Part shown: piece after piece, positions 42,318-51,353 of the stretch
Numbering within the stretch: the stretch's first letter is position 1
Layout of the letters: each line of letters opens with the position of its first letter
DNA from: Sulfolobales archaeon
GTDB taxonomy: Archaea > Thermoproteota > Thermoprotei_A > Sulfolobales > AG1
Assembly (NCBI GenBank): GCA_038867615.1
Contig: JAWBYA010000002.1
Span: 320,001-384,000 of the forward strand
DNA length: 64,000 nt
Direction of reading: 5' to 3'
Notes under the pieces: generated by a model
What the model was told of the DNA's origin: nothing
The model's input: the letters and a program-made list of their open reading frames with translations, nothing else
Database searches by the model: none
Program-made: the position numbers and the translations under genes

Positions 42318-42412
42318 AAGGTTTACTCTATTTCACTGACACAGTGTTTCATGAGAGATCGCGTATTGACAGCTACATATCGAAGAGAGACTTGGTAGAA
42401 TTAAAGGGGTTT

Positions 42413-42499
42413 TAGAGTTAAAGGGGGTCAGGATATATAATATGGATTGGGAGGGTGCTTGCTAGAGTTAAAGGGGGTCAGGATATATAATATGGATTG
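42413..42499 (+). repeat. Exact 37-bp direct repeat (period 50 bp) at the methyltransferase 5' end
   Basis: tagagttaaagggggtcaggatatataatatggattg at 42413-42449 and 42463-42499; partial third copy tagaattaaaggggt at 42396-42410. Confidence 0.95.
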
Positions 42500-43310
42500 T
42501 TTAGAGGGTATGAGAAGTATTCTTAAACCTAGAGAGGTAGATGTTGTTGTTACCTCCCCTCCATACAATATTGGGGTGAAATACGGTAAATACAATGACA
42601 CTATTTCTAGAGATAAATATCTTGACTGGATCGAGCAGGTTGGTGTGGAGATTAAGCGTGTTTTGAAAGATGACGGTTCATTCTTCCTAAACATGGGCTA
42701 TAAGCCTACTGACCCCTGGGTGGCTTGGGAGGTTGCTTTTAGACTTAGGAAGCATTTTGTTCTTCAAAATGTGATAATATGGGTCAAATCAATAGCAATT
42801 CAAAAAGAGGATGTAGGAGACTACCCTAATATCAGAGGAGATATAGCTGTTGGACACTATAAACCAATTCCAGGAAATCGTTTTCTGAACAACAATTTCG
42901 AGTATATTTTCCATTTCACAAAAAACGGCGATGTCGAGCTCGACAGACTGGCTATAGGAGTTCCATACCAGGATAAAACCAATATTGGGAGGTGGAAAAG
43001 TGCAAAACAAGATCTAAGATGTAGAGGGAACACATGGTTCATACCATATGAGACTATAATGTCAAGAGAGAAACAACGCCCCCACCCAGCAACTTTCCCA
43101 GTCAAACTCCCAATGATGTGTATCAAACTACACGGGCTGAAGAAGACTAAGCTTGTCTTAGACCCATTCATGGGAATAGGAAACACAGCTATAGCCAGCA
43201 TAAGGCTTGGAGTAGGCTTCATAGGTTTTGAAATAGACGAAAACTATATAAAAATAGCTGAAAAAAGGATTAAACAGGAGCTACTATACTATGTTAAGGA
43301 AACTCTCTGA
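42459..43310 (+). CDS. Type II beta-class amino-DNA methyltransferase (N4-cytosine), M.MjaV-like
   Basis: TSPPY motif IV at N-terminus, [14 protein letters not shown] motif I at C-terminus; closely resembles the recalled M.MjaV sequence ([26 protein letters not shown]); TTG start at 42459 with GGAGGGTG SD. Confidence 0.9.
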   Translation: MLELKGVRIYNMDCLEGMRSILKPREVDVVVTSPPYNIGVKYGKYNDTISRDKYLDWIEQVGVEIKRVLKDDGSFFLNMGYKPTDPWVAWEVAFRLRKHFVLQNVIIWVKSIAIQKEDVGDYPNIRGDIAVGHYKPIPGNRFLNNNFEYIFHFTKNGDVELDRLAIGVPYQDKTNIGRWKSAKQDLRCRGNTWFIPYETIMSREKQRPHPATFPVKLPMMCIKLHGLKKTKLVLDPFMGIGNTAIASIRLGVGFIGFEIDENYIKIAEKRIKQELLYYVKETL

Positions 43311-43884
43311 TGATATTCTCCTTTTTGTAGAGATTTGGATTATTAGTGTTAAATTCGTTTTTCAATGTTACCCTAACTTTAGACAGGTCGACTATCTTAA
43401 AACCTAACACTTTTTTATCTCTATGAATAAAGCTTACCAGAACATGACTAGCATCTTTAGTAATCTTAGCATGCTCTGTAGGTTCATAGTAAAAGGATCT
43501 AAGGTTACTGCTCAGTTCTTCTACGCTAACAAACTTTACTTCAATGTAATAGGATTTACCGCTCCTCTCTATCAATATATCAGGATAACCGGCTATCTTC
43601 GATTCTGGTATAACTCCGTGTAGTCTATTTCTAAGTTCTTTCTCTAATTTATTACTTATCTCGTTTGGTCTCAACTTAGAAAAATTCTGGGTCTTAGCCC
43701 ATTCTAAAACTTCTTTAGAAGCGTTAAAAATCTCATCTATAACATTCTTATCAGCTTCTGAAATTGGATACACTTTACAGCCTGTAGTGACCTCGATTAC
43801 TTTTGAAAACGGTATATTTCTTAGCTTCTTTTTAAGAAACTCTGCATATTTCTCGATATCTTCCTGAGGCACGCGGCGTGTCAT
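43294..43884 (-). CDS. Putative type II restriction endonuclease (PD-(D/E)xK)
   Basis: RPNE, GYPD...YIEVK catalytic motif, RSFYYEP; convergent with and overlapping the MTase; AT-rich. Confidence 0.8.
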   Translation of the reverse strand: MTRRVPQEDIEKYAEFLKKKLRNIPFSKVIEVTTGCKVYPISEADKNVIDEIFNASKEVLEWAKTQNFSKLRPNEISNKLEKELRNRLHGVIPESKIAGYPDILIERSGKSYYIEVKFVSVEELSSNLRSFYYEPTEHAKITKDASHVLVSFIHRDKKVLGFKIVDLSKVRVTLKNEFNTNNPNLYKKENIIREFP

Positions 43885-43962
43885 ATTTCAACACCTTACT
43901 TAAAAGTACAAAGACATGGTTTAATGTTTAATAGCCTCCAAGACTAACAATATCCTGGCTAT

Positions 43963-44922
43963 ATGGTGAACAAACATATGCCGACTTCAGGGAAAACGCC
44001 TCTCGTCTTTCTAGCATCTGTTCTTCTGAATGCCGCCCAAGCAGCTGTTAAGCTGGCAGCCTTTATCATAGTAGGTTCTCTAGCAATCTATGCCGAGACA
44101 CTCCACTCGGTGAGCGATGTTATTAACAGCTTTATACTATACCTAGCATCATATATAATTGTTAATAAGAAACCCTCGCCAAAATACCCCTTCGGCTTTG
44201 GTAGGTTTCCCTATATAGCTAGCATAATCTCGATCTCGATCCTGGTAGGAGCTATAGCGAACAACATACTAACCCAGGCTTATGAGGCGCTCCATGAGGG
44301 AGGAAGGCTATATGGAGATGTGATCAGCGGAGCTTATCTACTAGCTATAGCGACATTCATGGATGTAGGTATACTACTCTTCATATTTATGGCGAGAGAT
44401 GCCTGGAGGAACCCATCGTCTAAGATGAGACCCTTATTCATGGCACTCATCCTTGAGGACTTATTCTCGTTTAGCGGGAACGCCATTGCTCTTGCCTCAC
44501 TATATATGATTGGGATAACTAGTATAGCAGATGTTATAGCATCTATAGTGATCGTCGCTATAATAATCATGGCATCTGCATATGTTATCTACAAAAACAT
44601 AGAGATCCTTATCGGAAGATCCGCTCCCAGAGATGTGATGCTCAAGATACTCAACAGAATATCAAAGATCTCTGATGTTGTCGATATAGACGACCTTAAG
44701 AGCTATGTATTAACCCCAGATAACATTGTGATAATGGCAACAATAGGTGTCGACCCGAGGAAGAGCATAGGCGATCTCGAAGCACTGAGGGAGAGAATAA
44801 TAAGGGAGATAACCAGCATCGACCCGAGAATCAAGAACGTGATTATCCAGTTCTCAAGCGAGCCTATAGATGACCGTGATAGGGATAAGATATACAGGGA
44901 AGTAAGCTCAATGGATGAATAG
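43963..44922 (+). CDS. Cation diffusion facilitator family transporter
   Basis: AETLHSVSD, YPFGFGR, LED, AD; about 6 TM plus cytoplasmic domain. Confidence 0.9.
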   Translation: MVNKHMPTSGKTPLVFLASVLLNAAQAAVKLAAFIIVGSLAIYAETLHSVSDVINSFILYLASYIIVNKKPSPKYPFGFGRFPYIASIISISILVGAIANNILTQAYEALHEGGRLYGDVISGAYLLAIATFMDVGILLFIFMARDAWRNPSSKMRPLFMALILEDLFSFSGNAIALASLYMIGITSIADVIASIVIVAIIIMASAYVIYKNIEILIGRSAPRDVMLKILNRISKISDVVDIDDLKSYVLTPDNIVIMATIGVDPRKSIGDLEALRERIIREITSIDPRIKNVIIQFSSEPIDDRDRDKIYREVSSMDE

Positions 44923-45245
44923 ATCTTAATTTATTTCAAGCGCCTCTAAAACAAACAGTGTAATAGCTATTTAGGATCTGTAAATAGATAATGGAGACCA
45001 TTAGATCCGAAGACTTATGTGCTATACCGTAATCAAAATAACCACCGCCCCGCCTATAGTAGCTTGATACACAAAACTTACAATAGCCTGTAGTAGTTTT
45101 TAAATATTTTATCTTATAATACCCTAATATAATAGCCTAAGGGAAAAATACTTTGATCTATGAAATCTTAATGACTCTATGACGCAAAACCAAGATCCAT
45201 GGTTAGAGGTTTTTATTACTAGGCATAACTATATTTAGATAAGCC

Positions 45246-45881
45246 ATGTTCTTAAAACCACATGAGGGTTTAGTCAAGATCTATGGGTCTAGAAAGCTTT
45301 TCCTAATATGGTGGCCTTTCACAATAGTTAATTTTAATACGTGTGAAAACAACTACCTCGTAGATCTTTTGGTGGCCTCTGAGATCACGGACCCCCTACC
45401 CCTGATCCTCACCATGAGGAGGTATAGGGATAAGCGTCCTATTGAACCCTCGCCATCTGTAGAGGCACCAATACTGATCCCAAGATCTGTTGGGCCTAAC
45501 ACCATAATGGAGCTGATCTATAAGATCAAGAAAGGAATCGAGATGACAAAGGATAAGGATACCTCTCAGAGTTCTCGGCCTGTTAGGAGTTATAGGTATC
45601 AGATGTTTTCTAAGAGACCAAGTACGCTTGAAGAGGCTATAGCTAACCCTGTCTCCAGAGGAATCCTCTCTGAGATCTTGTCATCAATATGCATTAGTAG
45701 CAATAACGTTAGGATCACATCATATAATCCGATACACGTTTTAGTAGGTATCAGTAAAGACATGAAAGAATTTAGCCTTTTCATGGATAAGAAGATCAGG
45801 AGTATTAACCACGAAATATACGTGTTAACCAACGAACATGTTAAAGACCTTATAGAGAAATATATGAAGTTGAACATCTAA
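45246..45881 (+). CDS. Hypothetical protein
   Basis: 211-aa ORF with upstream TATA-like sequence; no recognisable motif. Confidence 0.55.
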   Translation: MFLKPHEGLVKIYGSRKLFLIWWPFTIVNFNTCENNYLVDLLVASEITDPLPLILTMRRYRDKRPIEPSPSVEAPILIPRSVGPNTIMELIYKIKKGIEMTKDKDTSQSSRPVRSYRYQMFSKRPSTLEEAIANPVSRGILSEILSSICISSNNVRITSYNPIHVLVGISKDMKEFSLFMDKKIRSINHEIYVLTNEHVKDLIEKYMKLNI

Positions 45882-45929
45882 AACCAGTTGTGTTGTAAAT
45901 AAGAAGCCCAGCAACCGCAAACTCAAAGA

Positions 45930-45985
45930 GGATCAGCACTCAAGACCATGCTCATCACTCACATCTCCCGAGCTCATCACTCACC
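45930..45985 (-). ncRNA. Candidate C/D-box guide sRNA
   Basis: Minus strand GTGATGA-gctcgggagat-GTGA-GTGATGA-gcatggtcttgagtg-CTGA = C, guide, D'-like, C', guide, D; intergenic; AT-rich TATA-like sequence just upstream. Confidence 0.6.
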
Positions 45986-46232
45986 ATATATAATAATCTG
46001 CTCCCTTAAATCCAGGGGTTTAGGGTGCTTATTATAGCACTTACCAGGACTGGGCAGCAATAAGCAGATCTCTAGGATATAGAGGAGAGTTAACCACTAA
46101 AAACGATAATAGCCTCTTTCCCATTTTAAATGAAAGAGAATAGTAAGCTATAAGCGATCATGGTAGATGACTAGGATCTCTTTCCACACGGCCCCAAGAA
46201 TAGGGATTTAAGCGTTGGCTAGGAAAGGATCT

Positions 46233-46983
46233 ATGGTGAAATCCTTGCCCAGGTTCTTTACCGATCGTTTTATTCTCACACCCGGTCCTACAGAGATCCC
46301 TGTAAGGATAAGGATGGCCATGATACGCGAGGAGACCAACCCGGATCTCGACCCTGGTTTTCTGGAATTCTCTAGGAGGGTCTCTGACAAGCTGAAAACT
46401 GCTAGGGATAGGTAGGAGCAGCCTCTATATAATGGTTGGCGAAGCCATGTTGGGATTAGAGGCCGCTATAGCCAACATAGTTAGGCGTGGTGATAAAGTG
46501 CTTGTAGTCTCTAACGGTGTTTTTGGTGAGGGTTTCGCTGACCTTGTGAGGATGTATGGGGGTATTCCAGAGATTATTGAGTGTGATTGGAGGAGAAGCA
46601 TCGATGTTGGGAGTGTTGAGAATGTCTATGAGAGGCATAGAAAGGCTAGAGAGGCATCGTGGAGAGCCCTCGAAGCAGCAGGGTTAAAACCATACCCAGA
46701 ATCTAAGTAGTACTCTTCACCAACAGTCACAGCGATCGAGGTTCCTACAGGTGTCGATGAAGCTATGTTGAGAGAGATCATGTGGAGCAAATATGGCGTA
46801 ATGATAGCAGGGAGCTGGGGCAGACTTGCAGGAAGAGTTATAAGGATAGGGCATATGGGTGTCCAAGCATCAAGAAACCACTTGATCGTAGCCTTCACAG
46901 CGCTAGCGAGAGCACTAAGTGATATGGGATATAGGGTTAACATAGGAGGCGTTATAGAAGCTATAGAGAACACCTACACATAG
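46233..46983 (+). pseudogene. Class V PLP aminotransferase (serine-pyruvate/alanine-glyoxylate type) pseudogene
   Basis: ILTPGPTEIP; stop at 46413 plus frameshift; GEAMLGLEAAIAN, NGVFGE; large internal deletion removing the PLP-Lys region; in-frame TAG at 46708; SPTVTAI and IRIGHMG C-terminus. Confidence 0.9.
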
Positions 46984-46992
46984 CCTTCAACA

Positions 46993-47108
46993 CCGTCTAT
47001 TCTTTGATCCTTTCCTATGCTTTGCTACTATCTCGCTCTTTAGAAACCTCTACTATTATTTTTTATTATTCCATCCTAAGCTGAAACCAACAATATAGAG
47101 CTCCTTAT
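46993..47108 (-). mobile_element. Highly decayed IS200/IS605-like right-end remnant, copy B
   Basis: Minus strand ATAAGGAGCTCTATATTGTTGGTTTCAGC...GTAGAGGTTTCTA...GAATAGACGG follows the same layout, differing mostly by transitions. Confidence 0.3.
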
Positions 47109-47323
47109 ATATGGTTGTGCTCTCTCACCATATTTTCCTAATCGATGGATTCTCTAATTGCGACTCTACTTTAGCATCCCCTCTATAATTGATATCCATG
47201 ACTCCTAAGGTTTTCAGAGAGCAAGAACTGGTTCAATCCATAAACACATGCCCAGCTATATAGCATTGGTGACTATAGGATATAAGTGTATGTCTCAATA
47301 ACTACTAGGAGAGGTTTAGGTTT

Positions 47324-48214
47324 ATGGTTTTATATGAGCTTATTAAGGATCTAAAGGTTTCTGACGCATTAGTTGATGTTCCTTCATGCTATGTTGATGA
47401 CCCGCTAGCTATAGCTTTAGATATACTGGCTGCAAAGAGATCTCCCAGGAGGATTGTTATAATAGATAGGGAGAGGAAGGTTAGAGGTGTGATCACCTCC
47501 CTCAGGATCCTTGAGATCCTCTTAGGCTTCAGGGGTTCTGTGATGGTTAAGCTGAGAGGCTTGACCAGGGTTCTCAGGGAGAAGGTGATCCTTTTCTCCG
47601 ACGAGGCACCCTATACAATGGTTCGGGACACACCCCTAATATCGGTTATAAAACATATGGGTGAGAATAGCATACCAATGATACCGATAGTAGATGATCT
47701 GGGCACATATATGGGTGTAATCGACGAGACCCGCGTGCTAAAACTCCTCAAGGGGAGAACATTCGGAGAAGAAGTGTCAATAGCCATTGAGGCCGTATTC
47801 CCATCAGTATTTATGAGAGACACTGCTTTGAAGGCTGCCGAGGCTATGATAAAAGAGGTGAAGGGCAAGGCTGTGGTTCTTAACGATAAGAACCTGCCAG
47901 CCGGTGTTGTTACTGCGAAAGATATACTCAAACTACCCCTCGTGACTGAGGAGATAATAGAGCTTCTGAGAACAGATGTTGAGGTTGGTTTCGCAGATAT
48001 ACTTGGCAAGGTGGGTGTTACTAAAGTGATGAGCTCGCCAGCGATCATAGCTAGAGAGGGTGAAGATATAGGCAGAGCCATAGACACCATGATCGATAGC
48101 GATGTGGGGCTCTTACCGATTGTAAGCGAGAAGGAGGGAAGATTCACCGGGGTTTTAACAAGGATGAGTGTGATAAGAGCGATAGTGAGAGAACATATAA
48201 ATCCCCTGGGGTAA
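47324..48214 (+). CDS. CBS domain-containing protein (4 CBS)
   Basis: Repeated GVIT/GVID/GVVTAKD/GVLT and xPIVD motifs. Confidence 0.85.
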   Translation: MVLYELIKDLKVSDALVDVPSCYVDDPLAIALDILAAKRSPRRIVIIDRERKVRGVITSLRILEILLGFRGSVMVKLRGLTRVLREKVILFSDEAPYTMVRDTPLISVIKHMGENSIPMIPIVDDLGTYMGVIDETRVLKLLKGRTFGEEVSIAIEAVFPSVFMRDTALKAAEAMIKEVKGKAVVLNDKNLPAGVVTAKDILKLPLVTEEIIELLRTDVEVGFADILGKVGVTKVMSSPAIIAREGEDIGRAIDTMIDSDVGLLPIVSEKEGRFTGVLTRMSVIRAIVREHINPLG

Positions 48215-48219
48215 GGAGT

Positions 48220-49437
48220 GTGGATATAACAAGAAGGATCGAGGATTATATTGGGATCGTTGATAGAGATGAGATCGAGTATATCAAGGAGTTGGCAGAG
48301 AACGTAAAGGGAGCCAGGGTTCTCCATATAAACTCAACAAAGAAAGGTGGAGGAGTTGCCGAGATCCTTAGGAGTGTCGTTCCACTAGCAAACTCTCTAG
48401 GGCTTAAGGTTAGGTGGGAGGTGATAAGCGGGGATAGAGAGTTCTTTGAAGTAACTAAGAGTTTCCACAATGCTCTCCAGGGCAATAAGGTGCTAAAGCT
48501 TGGAGGAGACATGATTAGAAAGTATCTAGAAACTAACGAGATAAATGCTGGGAAAATCGATACTGATGCCGATGTTATCGTGATCCACGATCCACAGCCT
48601 GCAGCCCTGATATCTTATAAGAATAAAGGGAGCTCGAAGTGGATTTGGAGGTGCCATATAGACCTCTCGGATCCCAATGAGCAGTTCTGGAGCTTTCTAA
48701 GGGGCTTTGTGACCATGTATGATGCAGCTATATTCTCCCACGGTATATATGTGCCCAGGGATCTCAGAGGGATCAAGATCTATATATCCCACCCATCAAT
48801 AGACCCTCTGACCGATAAGAATAAGCCGCTAAGCCAGACAGAGATTGAGAGAACTATATCTAAATACGGAATAGATCCTGAGAAACCCTTGGTAGGACAA
48901 GTAGCCAGGTTCGACCCTTGGAAGGATCACCAATCAGTGGTTAGGGTTTATAAGGCTTTGAGACAGAAGGTGGAGAATCTACAGCTAGTGCTCCTAGGAT
49001 CCTTTGCCGACGACGATCCAGAGGGGGAAAGGATCTATAAAGAGGTTCTTAAAGAAACCGAGGGTCTTAGTGATGTGTATGTTATAAACGAGCACAACGA
49101 TTTTCTGGTAAACGCTATCCAGAGATCCATGGTTTTCGCATTCCAACTATCAATAAGAGAAGGTTTCGGACTAACAGTAAGCGAAGCTCTCTGGAAATAC
49201 ACACCAGTTATAGGGAGAAGAGCCGGAGGAATACCACTACAGGTAATAGATGGTGTGACAGGCTATTTAGTCAATAATATAGAAGAGGCATACGAAAAAG
49301 CCCTCATGCTCACAAAGAAGCCATGGCTAGCAAGAATGCTTGGTGCCAATGGACACCAACATGTTAAGAGGAACTTCCTGATCACAAGAGACCTAAGAGA
49401 CTATCTAAGAATACACATAGATCTCGTTGCCAGATAA
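48220..49437 (+). CDS. treT: Trehalose glycosyltransferring synthase (GT4)
   Basis: HINST..GGGVAEIL, TKSFHNALQG, IHDPQP, WRCHID, SIDPL, RFDPWK, DDPEG, EGFGLTVSEALWK. Confidence 0.9.
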   Translation: MDITRRIEDYIGIVDRDEIEYIKELAENVKGARVLHINSTKKGGGVAEILRSVVPLANSLGLKVRWEVISGDREFFEVTKSFHNALQGNKVLKLGGDMIRKYLETNEINAGKIDTDADVIVIHDPQPAALISYKNKGSSKWIWRCHIDLSDPNEQFWSFLRGFVTMYDAAIFSHGIYVPRDLRGIKIYISHPSIDPLTDKNKPLSQTEIERTISKYGIDPEKPLVGQVARFDPWKDHQSVVRVYKALRQKVENLQLVLLGSFADDDPEGERIYKEVLKETEGLSDVYVINEHNDFLVNAIQRSMVFAFQLSIREGFGLTVSEALWKYTPVIGRRAGGIPLQVIDGVTGYLVNNIEEAYEKALMLTKKPWLARMLGANGHQHVKRNFLITRDLRDYLRIHIDLVAR

Positions 49438-49503
49438 CCTAACCACCACCGCTCTCCACGATCTTGCCACACAGAGATCATCCTATTAACAAGACATTCA
49501 CAA

Positions 49504-49640
49504 CAGTTTGACCCTGGATGCTAATTCTACTCATTTTATTATTCATGGTCACATCCAAGGACTTCCGCCCCAACCCGCAGGATCTCTAACCCTGCGGGGT
49601 CATGGGAGTCTGTCGAGCCAAACAGCACCTGCCTCCCATC
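49504..49640 (-). mobile_element. Best-preserved IS200/IS605-like right end (omega-RNA-like scaffold) without tnpB, copy C
   Basis: Minus strand GATGGGAGGCAGGTGCTGTTTGGCTCGACAGACTCCCATGACCCCGCAGGGTTAGAGATCCTGCGGGTTGGGGCGGAAGTCCTTGGATG...CATCCAGGGTCAAACTG; two intact stems; reads DGRQVLFGSTDSHDP, like recalled crenarchaeal TnpB C-termini. Confidence 0.65.
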
Positions 49641-49826
49641 TACTAAGAGATCATCACCTAGATGGCTTGGAGCTTTGCTTCCATCGCTAGTCAATATGGA
49701 GACAAGTCCTACCAGCAGAGATAGATGTATATAGTTGATAGGGAGAGATCGCAATGATCGGGTTTGCAGAAAACTGCAAACCCAGAATATATAATCTTTC
49801 TACCACCGGGGGAGTTGGTGAATATA

Positions 49827-51329
49827 ATGGCGAGAATCGGTCGTGCCGGAAAGATACTACCCATTATATTGACAGCCATCCTAGTTTCTGGACTGCTATC
49901 CCCAATGATCAGTATAACCACAGCCCAGATTCAGAGGGATATAAATCTAACCATAATGCTTGAGAAAGTAAGATCTTCTGTGGTGCTTATAATAACAATA
50001 GTAAAGGCGGTGATAATATGGGAGGACTTTATACCACAGCTTCGAGAGGTTAGGATGGATCCTGTGGTGGAAGTAAGCACCATAGCCTTTGGCTCGGGGT
50101 TCTTTGTATCTAGCGATGGCTATATAATAACAAACGGGCATGTTGTTAACGACTACCAATCAGAGTTCCAAAGAGTCCTCCCCCTTCTGAAGGACTTTGT
50201 GCAACAGTATCTTGAAGCAAGGACAAAGACCACCGGCCAGCAGCCGAGCCAAGAGGAGATGCAACAACTATTTAGAGAAGTTATTAGGGCGTACTTAACT
50301 AATAGGTTGAAGATCCAAGACTATACTGTAGATGTGCGTGTTGGTGCTGGCAGGGTTGTTTCAGGCTTCGCCAACATAGGTAAGCTCTATACAGCAAGGA
50401 TAGCATATTCCTCCCCCTTTGAAAAGGAAGATCTAGCTTTACTAAAGATAGAGATAAAGAATGCCCCGTCTATCCGAGTGGCTCAGGAGAACATAGCCAG
50501 AGTAGGAGAGAGGGTTTGGGCTTTAGGATACCCAGGTGTTGTTACTTTCCATCAACTGCTGGGTGTGGAAACGCTCTTAGAGCCTACTATAACAGAGGGT
50601 ACCGTGAGTGGTTATAGGACGAAGACAGCTGGTGTGAGTGTTTTGCAATCTGACGTAACAGTTACGCATGGGAATAGCGGTGGGCCTGTTGTTAATTCAA
50701 ACGGTATCGTGGTTGCTGTAACGTCTTTCGGATCAGCGGATCCTTCGGATAGCGGTAGAGAGGTTCCTGGGTTCAATTTCTTCGTTCCGGCATCGTATGT
50801 CTATGATATTATCAGAAGGTTTTCCGTTAATAATGTTGAAAGCGAGACTATAAAGTTCTATGAGGAAGGTCTCAGGCTATTCTATCAGAAACAATACAGA
50901 GCCGCTATAGAGAGGTTCCAGATAGTCAAGAACCTATACCCAGGATTCCCATTCGTGGATGACTACATAACCGATGCCCAGAAAGCCATACTCAGAGGTG
51001 AAGAAGCCTCCCAGTTCCCCATAGACATGACAATGATAGCCATAATAGCGGTTGGAGCAGCTGCTGGTGGGGGAGCGGGGTATATGTTTCTAAGGAGGAG
51101 GAAAGAGGCGGTTGGTAAGGTAAAGGGACAGCAGGGTCAGTGGCAATACGGGCAACAGTGGGGATATCAGCAGCCTCAGCAACCGCCGAGCCCAGCCCAG
51201 ATGCCATTGCAATCGCCAGGGCCTCAGCAACCACCCAGACTTCCTCCGGGCTATAAGTTCTGTATAAACTGTGGTAAGATCATACCTGAGGATAGCACTA
51301 AATGCCCATACTGCAATGCGGATCAGTAG
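49827..51329 (+). CDS. Membrane-anchored trypsin-like (S1/HtrA-type) serine protease with TPR-like helix pair and cytoplasmic zinc ribbon
   Basis: Signal peptide; GSGFFV..DGYIITNGHV, DLALLKI, HGNSGGP triad; TM plus RRRK; Q/P-rich linker; FCINCG..CPYCN; ATG 49827 with GGTGA SD. Confidence 0.9.
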   Translation: MARIGRAGKILPIILTAILVSGLLSPMISITTAQIQRDINLTIMLEKVRSSVVLIITIVKAVIIWEDFIPQLREVRMDPVVEVSTIAFGSGFFVSSDGYIITNGHVVNDYQSEFQRVLPLLKDFVQQYLEARTKTTGQQPSQEEMQQLFREVIRAYLTNRLKIQDYTVDVRVGAGRVVSGFANIGKLYTARIAYSSPFEKEDLALLKIEIKNAPSIRVAQENIARVGERVWALGYPGVVTFHQLLGVETLLEPTITEGTVSGYRTKTAGVSVLQSDVTVTHGNSGGPVVNSNGIVVAVTSFGSADPSDSGREVPGFNFFVPASYVYDIIRRFSVNNVESETIKFYEEGLRLFYQKQYRAAIERFQIVKNLYPGFPFVDDYITDAQKAILRGEEASQFPIDMTMIAIIAVGAAAGGGAGYMFLRRRKEAVGKVKGQQGQWQYGQQWGYQQPQQPPSPAQMPLQSPGPQQPPRLPPGYKFCINCGKIIPEDSTKCPYCNADQ

Positions 51330-51353
51330 CGATAAGATCTAGGGGAGCTTGTT

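Noticed and set aside
42396-42499. Direct repeats as a mini CRISPR array or ORB boxes
   Set aside because: Only two full copies with a 13-bp spacer, they encode the MTase N-terminus, there are no cas genes, and the TCCA..GAAA ORB core is missing
49539-49754. 71-aa minus-strand ORF as a real protein
   Set aside because: Only its last third resembles a TnpB tail; better explained as the IS-end remnant
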